Shown here: piece after piece, positions 56,647 to 64,000 of the stretch | Layout: each line of letters opens with the position of its first letter | Numbering within the stretch: the first letter of the stretch is position 1 | Source: a virus | Lineage: Duplodnaviria; Caudoviricetes | Reading direction: 5' to 3' (one strand) | IMG/VR virus record: IMGVR_UViG_3300048561_000027 | Span: 146-64,145 of that record | DNA: 64,000 nt | The notes under the pieces: model-generated | Databases searched by the model: none | Seen by the model: only the letters and a program-made list of their open reading frames with translations | What the model was told of the DNA's origin: nothing | Made by a program: the position numbers and the translations under genes

Positions 56647-56668
56647 TCAATAACTTAATAAAGTTAAA

Positions 56669-56866
56669 ATGTTAAATTTAATAAGTGATGCTTTAGTTTT
56701 TTTAATTTCCTATCTTTTCCCCTTAGTTCAGAATTGGAAACTTACGTTAGGACTGGCCGTGGTTTGTTTGTGGCTAGTTTTTGCTCATAGCCAATGGTGG
56801 TGGGTAGGCGTGGGGTTTTTTTGCTTCACGGCTTGGTTACACTGTCTTTTTCCAAAATCTTACTAA
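56669..56866 (+). CDS. Small membrane protein
   Basis: Hydrophobic, Trp-rich; first gene of the sugar cluster. Confidence 0.55.
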   Translation: MLNLISDALVFLISYLFPLVQNWKLTLGLAVVCLWLVFAHSQWWWVGVGFFCFTAWLHCLFPKSY

Positions 56867-56889
56867 AATAACTTCTTTGTAGGTAATTT

Positions 56890-57747
56890 ATGGTTAAACT
56901 TGACAATCACGTACATTTTTGTGCGGAGATAGGTATTAATGCTTTGGGTTCCGTTGAAATCGCGAAAAGTCTTATAGATTTTTGTGTAGACGCCGGAGTT
57001 GACGTAGTGAAGTTCCAAAAGCGCACGGTTAATATTGTATACCCTAAAGAAGAGTTGGATGTAAGTCGTGACAGTCCTTATGGTGTAACCAATGGGGATT
57101 TGAAGCGACAACTTGAATTTTCGTATGAAGATTATAAAGAGATAGATCGATATTGTAATAAGAAGGGGATACAGTGGACCGCTTCCCCCTGGGATACACA
57201 AGCGGTATCTTTTTTAAATCAGTTTGATTTACCCTATATTAAAATTGCCAGTGCTACCATTACTAATAAAGAACTCCTACAGGCTTGTTGTGAGACTGGA
57301 AAACCCTTATTTGTGTCAACTGGTATGTGTGATCTTAAGTTGATAAATAAAGTTGTTAAGACTATTAATAATTTTGGTGGGGACATCCATTATATTTATC
57401 ACTGTACGTCTACTTACCCGACTGCGGATGATGAATTTAACTTATTATCTATTCCCACTCTTATTAAGACGTTTCCGAATATTAGGATCGGCTATAGTGG
57501 ACACGAACTCGGACATCTGCCTACTTTGTTAGCAGTAGCATTGGGGGCACAAGCTGTTGAACGTCACATTACCTTAAATGAAGACATGTATGGATCGGAT
57601 CAAAAGGCTAGTTATAACGTGAGTAAGCTGAAAGAATTGGTGGAAAATATTGCCAGAGTTAAGACCATGCTTGGTAATGGGGAATTGAAAATTTATGATA
57701 GTGAGATTCCTATCATGGCTAAACTTAGACGAATAAATACAATTTAA
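56890..57747 (+). CDS. neuB: NeuB-family nonulosonic acid synthase (short form, no SAF domain)
   Basis: AEIGIN, VKFQKR, ASPWD, KIASA, STGM, HCTSTYP, GYSGHE, ERHIT, SDQKAS. Confidence 0.93.
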   Translation: MVKLDNHVHFCAEIGINALGSVEIAKSLIDFCVDAGVDVVKFQKRTVNIVYPKEELDVSRDSPYGVTNGDLKRQLEFSYEDYKEIDRYCNKKGIQWTASPWDTQAVSFLNQFDLPYIKIASATITNKELLQACCETGKPLFVSTGMCDLKLINKVVKTINNFGGDIHYIYHCTSTYPTADDEFNLLSIPTLIKTFPNIRIGYSGHELGHLPTLLAVALGAQAVERHITLNEDMYGSDQKASYNVSKLKELVENIARVKTMLGNGELKIYDSEIPIMAKLRRINTI

Positions 57748-57764
57748 ATTTATGGTGTTTTATA

Positions 57765-59417
57765 ATGGCAAAATTAAAAAGTAATGAATTAAAAAGTAAT
57801 GAATTAAAAAGTGTTTCTAATCCTTCTTTTGAGGCATTTGTTGAGGGGTTAAATCAAGAACGTCGCCCCACAGTTATTAAAAATCCGACTTCTTATGTGC
57901 GGAAAAAGAAAGTGGCTATTGTTGGTTCTGCCAGCCGTACCGTTAATCAGGCTCCTTATAAAGACCCCGATTGGGAAATTTGGCAATTGGCGTGGCGTAC
58001 CGATGAGGAATGTAAATATGCCTCGCGTTTATTTGACATGCACCCAATTAATGAACAACGCTTAAAGGTGCCAAAGGATTACATTTCTGTGTTAAACAGA
58101 CGTAGTAAGACAATGCCTATAATCGGCCCAGTTGAGGATAGTAGAATTCCAGACCTGACTGTTTATCCTCTAGCTGAAGTTACGGCCTTTTTAGGTGGTG
58201 TCAGTGAATATCACAATGGGGATTATTTCATGTCCAGCATTGCCTATATGTTTGCGTTGGCAATGTATGAGGGCTATGAAGAGATTGGAATATTTGGCGT
58301 AGATTTGCTGGACAACGATGAATATTGTGTAGCCCCAGAAACTAAGGTATTACGTGCCAGCCTGATTTGGGACGAAATAAAAAATATTGAAGTTGGGGAT
58401 GACTTACTTGCGTTTGATGAAAATCCTGGACATAAAACTGGAGCCGATCATTATTATAGAAAATGGCGAGTTTCTACAGTTGACTCTGTACAGAACATAA
58501 TTCGACCCTGCTATGAAATTTTGTTAGAAAATGGTGAGAAGCTGATCTCATCAGCGGAACACAAATGGTTGACGTGGAATAATGCTGGCAATTTTAAGTG
58601 GCAACGTACTGATTTTCTACACAATCATCAAACATGTAGAGCTTCTAAATTTGTTAAAGCCATTAATGTTTGGGAAGAAGACAAGTCGTGGGAAGCCGGG
58701 TATTTAGCGGCTGCTTTTGATGGGGAGGGTTGGCTTTGTCAGGCCACTAAAAAAGATCCTTGTGATACTTATAGTTTTGATTTAGGGTTTTCTCAAAAAG
58801 ACAATCCTATGAGTGTTGAAGTGTCTAGGATTATGTCTGAAAAAGGTTTTGCGTTTAGAAAACGTCAGAAAACTGTGTCAGACGATTGTTATCAGTATCG
58901 CTTGGAGGGTTTACTGGCTACACGGTTGGAATGTCTGGGTAAAATTCGTCCCAGACGGTTGTTGGGAAAATTGGATATGGAAAAATTAGGAGTTTTTAGA
59001 AAAAAAGAAGTTGTTCCGATTAAACAAATAACTTTTCTTGGGAACCAAGAAGTTATTGCAATTAAAACAACAACAGGAACCTTTTTGGCAGAAGGGTATG
59101 CTTCTCACAATTGTCATCAAAAGCCTAATCAAGAGTATTTGATTGGTTTAGCACGTGGTATGGGGATTAAAGTATTTATACCACACGCTTCAGCTTTGGT
59201 GCGTGGAACTCACCGTTATGGATACATGAATCCTCCCGGAGATGGAGCTATTACATTAGAAGCACTGGAAAAAAAATTAATTGACTATCGCGACAAGCAT
59301 CAGCAAGCCTATACTGCTGTCTGTACTTTGGACGGAGCAATTCAAGAATTAACGGAACAAGTTAATTTTCTAAAACGTAAACGAAACGGGATTAATGTGG
59401 GAGGTTATCATGGCTGA
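57765..59417 (+). CDS. Putative glycosyltransferase-like (sialyltransferase/MptE-like Rossmann) protein containing an intein
   Basis: Extein motifs VAIVGSA, SSIAYM.ALA, IGIFGVDL; the product call is inferred from motif resemblance and context. Confidence 0.55.
   Translation: MAKLKSNELKSNELKSVSNPSFEAFVEGLNQERRPTVIKNPTSYVRKKKVAIVGSASRTVNQAPYKDPDWEIWQLAWRTDEECKYASRLFDMHPINEQRLKVPKDYISVLNRRSKTMPIIGPVEDSRIPDLTVYPLAEVTAFLGGVSEYHNGDYFMSSIAYMFALAMYEGYEEIGIFGVDLLDNDEYCVAPETKVLRASLIWDEIKNIEVGDDLLAFDENPGHKTGADHYYRKWRVSTVDSVQNIIRPCYEILLENGEKLISSAEHKWLTWNNAGNFKWQRTDFLHNHQTCRASKFVKAINVWEEDKSWEAGYLAAAFDGEGWLCQATKKDPCDTYSFDLGFSQKDNPMSVEVSRIMSEKGFAFRKRQKTVSDDCYQYRLEGLLATRLECLGKIRPRRLLGKLDMEKLGVFRKKEVVPIKQITFLGNQEVIAIKTTTGTFLAEGYASHNCHQKPNQEYLIGLARGMGIKVFIPHASALVRGTHRYGYMNPPGDGAITLEALEKKLIDYRDKHQQAYTAVCTLDGAIQELTEQVNFLKRKRNGINVGGYHG
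58326..59111 (+). mobile_element. Intein 3 (262 aa, LAGLIDADG-type)
   Basis: Begins CVAPET, ends SHN, +1 Cys; YLAAAFDGEG motif. Confidence 0.93.
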
Positions 59418-60060
59418 TTCTACATATGTGGTTGGACACAGCAAATTTGTACCTTATAAAGCTGTTGGGCAAAAGACTTGGCTTAGCGGTGACGGTTTTA
59501 AATTTGAATCTAAGATTGAAATACCCAAAGTAGCTGATAAAGGATTGAGTGAAAAATATCCAATTAAGGCTATTCTCTTTGATTTTGACGGCGTAATATC
59601 TACAGGGGATGTTTGGACAGATCAGAATGGTATTGAGTCCGTGCGTTGCTCACGCCGGGATAGTCTTGGTTTGGCGATGTTGAGAGATAAATTCCCAGAT
59701 TTAATTTTAGGAGTTATTACGTCCGAGCAAAATCCAGTAGTTAAGGTCAGGTGCGCTAAATTAAAAATACCAGTCTATATTACAGATCACACAGCAAAAT
59801 CTAAGTTTGATATTTTACAAAAACAGATCGAACAGATTGTTGGGGCTCCGGTAATTTATATTGGCGACGATCTAAATGATTTGGAGTGTATGGCTAGAAT
59901 GGACGTTATTTCTGTTTGCCCTAAAGATGCCCACCCAAAGGTTAAACAAGAAGCCGATGTAATTTTAAAACATAAAGGGGGTAAGGGAGCCATAAGAGAG
60001 CTTTGTGAACTCTTTATGGAAGGATACTTTGATAAGTATTGTTATAAATTTAAAAATTAA
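59410..60060 (+). CDS. KdsC/YrbI-family HAD phosphatase
   Basis: FDFDGV, RRDSLG, YIGDDLND, GGKGAIRE. Confidence 0.92.
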   Translation: MADSTYVVGHSKFVPYKAVGQKTWLSGDGFKFESKIEIPKVADKGLSEKYPIKAILFDFDGVISTGDVWTDQNGIESVRCSRRDSLGLAMLRDKFPDLILGVITSEQNPVVKVRCAKLKIPVYITDHTAKSKFDILQKQIEQIVGAPVIYIGDDLNDLECMARMDVISVCPKDAHPKVKQEADVILKHKGGKGAIRELCELFMEGYFDKYCYKFKN

Positions 60061-60071
60061 GAGTTATTAAA

Positions 60072-60752
60072 ATGAAAACTGTAGCAGTAGTACCAGCACG
60101 TAAGAACAGTAAAGAAATTCCAAATAAGAATTTAGTCAATCTTTGTGGAAAACCTTTAATTCAACACACCTTGGAATGTGCAATAGATAGCGGGGTAATT
60201 GATGAAATTATCGTAACGTCGGATTCCGAAGAAATTCTTCATTTTTCCAAACGGTTCGGAGCTAAATTAGTTGCCGAACCAGAAAAACCCGTGGAATGGA
60301 AGGAACATTGTATTGGAGCAGTAATGAATGCTTTAGATACTTGTCAAGTAGAGGAGGACGATAATGTTTTTCTCTTACTTCCCACAAGTCCGTTACGACA
60401 ACCAATCCACTGTATTGATGCGAGTTTTTTACTTACCTCGCCAGATCAAGCAGTTGTGGGGGTTACTAAGACGTCTCCATTTCATAGTTTACGCTATATA
60501 AATGACGACAATACGATGTTACCATTATTGGAGGTTAGAACTGCCAATGCTTTAAACATGACCAGACAGTCCGTTAGAGATTTATATCGAGTGAATGGGG
60601 CTATTTTTCTAACTCGATATAGTACACTTTTAAAATATGGAACATTTCATGTTCCCAATTCAGTACCTTTGGTTATGTTGTCTGAGCATAGTGTAGACAT
60701 AAATACACGCGATGATTTGAAATTTGCGGAAACATCTATGAGAACCAGATAA
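60072..60752 (+). CDS. neuA: CMP-N-acylneuraminate synthetase (cytidylyltransferase)
   Basis: PARKNSKEIPNKN, L.PTSPLR, NGAI, SVDINT..D. Confidence 0.92.
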   Translation: MKTVAVVPARKNSKEIPNKNLVNLCGKPLIQHTLECAIDSGVIDEIIVTSDSEEILHFSKRFGAKLVAEPEKPVEWKEHCIGAVMNALDTCQVEEDDNVFLLLPTSPLRQPIHCIDASFLLTSPDQAVVGVTKTSPFHSLRYINDDNTMLPLLEVRTANALNMTRQSVRDLYRVNGAIFLTRYSTLLKYGTFHVPNSVPLVMLSEHSVDINTRDDLKFAETSMRTR

Positions 60753-61847
60753 ATGAAAAAAGTATTTGTATGGGCAGGTTGGGGACGAAATTTTGGGGAT
60801 CTACTACTATTAGATCAGCAAGTTAAATTATTAAAACAACAGTGCCCGGAGGAACTTTTGGTCATTCCATTAAGCAGCCATAGCATTAATGGGAAAGCTC
60901 CTGTACTTACGTCTGAAATTGTCGATTACATAAATTCTGGTGATATGTTGATTATAGGGTCTGGTGGACAATTGTTACCAGATAAATCAAGGTTTGGGTT
61001 TTGGCAATTTAACATTCCCATTCAGATGATCGATGATATTAAAGTGCCCATAGTCGTATACGGAATTGGCAGTAACACGTTTGCCTATCCTGGGGATGGT
61101 GGGGGGTTAGATAGGAATGAAACAGACGTGTTTGAAACCCATTTAGCACGTGTTTGTAATCGTTCTGAATTATGTTCCGTTAGGGATTCTATAGCTTTAG
61201 ATTTGATAAAAACTAAATTGGGGGTATCCAAAACTACATTAATTGGTGATCCGGCTTTATTACTACAGCCATCTTCTTTGACCAAACCCGTTGGAATTGT
61301 TGGATTGGTTTTAGGTGGGGATCGTATTGTGGAACGGTACAGGTCTAAATCAGACTACTTAAATTTACTTGTTGATTTTGCCAAGCAGATAAAATCCTTT
61401 GTTGATGAATCTGGATTTATAAGTCAGATAAAATTAATTCCGCATAGTAGTTTATATGACGTTGAGTATTCATATATTATAGAACAATTATTACAATCAA
61501 ATGATTTTTCATTTGTTTTTGAACACGGACTTTTACCCGAAAGTGAGAATAAACTTTTACATTTACGACGATCTTATTCGGAGTGTGACTACATTATTTC
61601 AAGTAGGTGGCATGGAAATATAATCGCATCCGCGTTGGGTATACCTAATATAACTATTGGATCGATGTTAAAACAACAAGCGTTGTTCCAAGATTTAGGA
61701 ATCTTAAATTGGAATAAAGGGGAGGATTTGAATAAGATTTTAAAACAAAGCGATGTGAATCTTTGTGATGTAACTAAGAGGGTTCGGCAATTACAAACTC
61801 GTACACGTGAGTTTTCACAAGCCGTGGTGGACTTATTATGCCATTAG
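60753..61847 (+). CDS. Polysaccharide pyruvyl transferase family protein
   Basis: NFGD, IGSGG, SVRD, DPA, SSRWHG...ALGIP. Confidence 0.8.
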   Translation: MKKVFVWAGWGRNFGDLLLLDQQVKLLKQQCPEELLVIPLSSHSINGKAPVLTSEIVDYINSGDMLIIGSGGQLLPDKSRFGFWQFNIPIQMIDDIKVPIVVYGIGSNTFAYPGDGGGLDRNETDVFETHLARVCNRSELCSVRDSIALDLIKTKLGVSKTTLIGDPALLLQPSSLTKPVGIVGLVLGGDRIVERYRSKSDYLNLLVDFAKQIKSFVDESGFISQIKLIPHSSLYDVEYSYIIEQLLQSNDFSFVFEHGLLPESENKLLHLRRSYSECDYIISSRWHGNIIASALGIPNITIGSMLKQQALFQDLGILNWNKGEDLNKILKQSDVNLCDVTKRVRQLQTRTREFSQAVVDLLCH

Positions 61848-62512
61848 ACTTGATTGATGGCGTAGCAAGGTCATCTCTAGGAACTTTAAGTAGTAGAGCC
61901 ATACTTGGGGACAGCTACGCTAAAAAATTCATTGATTATTTAAATGGATTAAAAATTGTTCGCGACATGAATGGGTTTTCATTTGCTCCGGCTATCTTAC
62001 GTGGTTATATATATGATCGTTGGATTGGGGACGTAATTAGGGACAAACCAGATTTTAAAGTGTTGAATTTAGGGTGTGGTTTTTGTACGAGATATTTTTA
62101 TATTCGATCAGATACATTACAGTGGACTGAATCGGATTTACCAGACGTAATTGCTTTACGTGAAAATAGTGGGGTTTATGTAAAAGACAACCCTAATTAT
62201 AAAACTCTGGCTTTAGATTTAAACAATTTTGACTTAACTATCTTAAATAATTATGATTTGGTGGTAGCTGAAGGGTGTTTGTGTTATCTGGAAAAAGCTA
62301 GAGTTTTGGAGATAGTTGGTCATTGTAAGCATTTGATTTGTGATGTAATTGGAGATGAGCGTAAATTAGAACTGTCTAATGTTCAAAAATGGAAATATAA
62401 CTATGAGGATTTCAAACATCTTCCAATAACTAGAGAATTCAGATATACTTATTATAGTCGTGACGACAGAGTGTTAGAATTTAAACAGGTACGGGATGAA
62501 CATATCGGGTAA
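61838..62512 (+). CDS. SAM-dependent methyltransferase (LCM/TcmP-like)
   Basis: VLNLGCGFCTR, DLPDVIALR, AEGCLCYL. Confidence 0.85.
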   Translation: MPLDLIDGVARSSLGTLSSRAILGDSYAKKFIDYLNGLKIVRDMNGFSFAPAILRGYIYDRWIGDVIRDKPDFKVLNLGCGFCTRYFYIRSDTLQWTESDLPDVIALRENSGVYVKDNPNYKTLALDLNNFDLTILNNYDLVVAEGCLCYLEKARVLEIVGHCKHLICDVIGDERKLELSNVQKWKYNYEDFKHLPITREFRYTYYSRDDRVLEFKQVRDEHIG

Positions 62513-62825
62513 GCTTAACCAGCAATGCGTGTATTGGGCTCCAAGTGGTATTGATTTAGCCGGAAATCAAGGATTTGCCGCGCCGGTAAGTTTTAAGTGT
62601 AGGCATGAGGCTAAGACGGAAAAGTTCCTGAATGATAGCGGTGACGAACAGATTTCCAATAGTATTTTTTATCTAAATTCCGCAGTTGTTGCCGATGGGT
62701 TCATCATGGAGGGCAATTCTACAGCGGCCAGTCCAGTATTGATTGGGGCAGCCAATGAGATTAGGAAGGTTTTTTCCGTTCCGTCAGTAAACGCCAATCA
62801 AATTTTATATAAGGTATTGGTGTAA
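62496..62825 (+). CDS. Head closure/neck protein
   Basis: Position after the connector; typical size; W...G.D..G...F..P. Confidence 0.65.
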   Translation: MNISGKLNQQCVYWAPSGIDLAGNQGFAAPVSFKCRHEAKTEKFLNDSGDEQISNSIFYLNSAVVADGFIMEGNSTAASPVLIGAANEIRKVFSVPSVNANQILYKVLV

Positions 62826-63310
62826 TGCAGCAACGCTTTGTAATTAAAGATTCCGCGTCAGCCAGTCAAGCCGCTATCGGCTTGGGTTTAATTGCTAATT
62901 CCATTGTTAAAGATGTTGATTTAGCCATGAAACCCGCCTTGGATCAATTTGGAAAGGATGTATTAAATGTCACCACTCCTTATGTGCCGATGAAAACGGG
63001 CGCATTGCGTAATTCAGCTAAATTTTTTACTACTAAAGCGGGCTCATATTTGTGGCAACTTTTGGTAAGTTACGGCGGTGTTGCTCCGTCGTTCCCGCAG
63101 ATTATAGACGATATGGAAGTTATGGGGACCGAGCCTAAAGGGGAAGTTACCTATGCTGTCGAACGTCATGAAGTACCAGCTAAGGTTTATTCTACTCCAG
63201 GCACGGGCATTAAGTATTTAGAATTTGGCGGTTTTAAGTCAATTCCACTAGCTTTGATTCAATTTAGAAGTTTTATTACGGCTAGGATGTCTAAATTTCG
63301 GATTAATTAA
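62825..63310 (+). CDS. Neck/minor capsid protein (HK97 gp10-like)
   Basis: YVP.KTG.LR.S, YA...HE, G.KYLE. Confidence 0.75.
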   Translation: MQQRFVIKDSASASQAAIGLGLIANSIVKDVDLAMKPALDQFGKDVLNVTTPYVPMKTGALRNSAKFFTTKAGSYLWQLLVSYGGVAPSFPQIIDDMEVMGTEPKGEVTYAVERHEVPAKVYSTPGTGIKYLEFGGFKSIPLALIQFRSFITARMSKFRIN

Positions 63311-63754
63311 ATGGCCTTACCTACGATTCCATCTATTGATTTACGTAGCATTTTAATGACTGCCGATGTTGGCAGCACTACGTTAACCGGGGCGGATTGG
63401 GAAGTCTATTCTGGCAATACTCCGGCTAGTCCGAACAGATGTATCGCGCTATATGACTTTGGGGGCATTCCGAATCCAAAATGGTTACTTGATGAAGTCT
63501 TTGTGGCAATTAGAGTGCGGGGCAATAAATTAGATTACGTTAATACCGCAACTAAGATACAGGCCGTTAAGGATGTATTATCTGGACTAGCCGAAACTAC
63601 GGTTAATAATTCTAAATATAAGGGGTGTATCATCACCAGAGACATATTTTTTGAGGGTTACGATGATAACAATCGTCCTGTATTTACTCTGGATTGTAAA
63701 TTTTGGAGGGAACCCACTAATTCCAGCACGGAAGGAAATCGTACTGCATTGTAA
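63311..63754 (+). CDS. Tail terminator/minor capsid protein
   Basis: D.NNRP.F motif; position before tail tube. Confidence 0.75.
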   Translation: MALPTIPSIDLRSILMTADVGSTTLTGADWEVYSGNTPASPNRCIALYDFGGIPNPKWLLDEVFVAIRVRGNKLDYVNTATKIQAVKDVLSGLAETTVNNSKYKGCIITRDIFFEGYDDNNRPVFTLDCKFWREPTNSSTEGNRTAL

Positions 63755-63757
63755 CTC

Positions 63758-63913
63758 ATGGAAAACGTAGATGATGTTAAATGGTTATTTGAACATCTTA
63801 AGTCTTTACGTGACCAACAGTTTTATGGTAAGATCATTATTGATATCCGTAAAGGTGAGATATTCTTAATGCGCAAAGAGGAAACAATCAAACCCCCGGA
63901 GGTGAAAACTTAA
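63758..63913 (+). CDS. Small DUF2292/YezD-like protein, 51 aa
   Basis: Not in ORF track; FYGKIIIDIRKGEIFLMRKEETIK. Confidence 0.55.
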   Translation: MENVDDVKWLFEHLKSLRDQQFYGKIIIDIRKGEIFLMRKEETIKPPEVKT

Positions 63914-63935
63914 TTAAGTTATGAGGTGCTAATAC

Positions 63936-64000
63936 ATGTCACAAGCTGCATATAACAAGGTTGTACAGATTAAAACCACAGGTGGGTCTTACGCGACACT
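63936..64000 (+). CDS. Start of probable tail tube protein (truncated by window)
   Basis: GAGGT RBS, MSQAAYNKVVQIKTTGG...; position after the terminator protein. Confidence 0.5.
   Translation, partial: MSQAAYNKVVQIKTTGGSYAT

Noticed and set aside
57772-57812. 15-bp tandem repeat (LKSNE x2.7)
   Set aside because: Real, but an in-frame slippage in a disordered N-terminus; no sign of function
1-64000. Lysogeny module or alternative genetic code
   Set aside because: No integrase or repressor recognised; conserved genes translate full length in code 11, and no suppressor tRNA is present

Overview
AT-rich segment of a large tailed dsDNA phage (Caudoviricetes, HK97-fold head, siphovirus-like neck/tail genes). 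No integrase or repressor is recognisable. The host is probably Gram-negative (GmhA, SspB, SleB-type hydrolase, DnaA boxes, sigma54-like elements). Layout: terminase and portal (0.5-4.6 kb); early/host-takeover block with an ArdA-like gene (7.8-13 kb); two repeat-rich control regions with DnaA-box clusters (13.0-14.5 and 17.5-18.3 kb) bracketing a GATC-saturated operon that encodes a PEP-utiliser/dikinase-like protein and a CX5R phosphatase; a long minus-strand accessory/metabolic arm (MazG-like x2, frameshifted Thg1, SspB, ThyA with an in-frame HNH insertion, RtcB, Nampt-like plus PRPP-synthetase-like pair, MTase, 3 tRNAs, a tmRNA-like RNA); a plus-strand arm (HD hydrolase, exonuclease, dNMP kinase); class II RNR with two inteins; and the head-neck operon, which contains a six-gene nonulosonic (sialic-type) acid synthesis/activation/modification cluster, one gene carrying a third intein. 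Strongest candidates for new biology: (1) phage-encoded sialic-type glycosylation of the virion; (2) the DnaA-box/sigma54/GATC-island kinase-phosphatase module; (3) a tmRNA-like RNA together with SspB and an HslV-like protease; (4) a non-splicing HNH domain inside ThyA. All family calls come from motif recognition by eye; no database searches were run.
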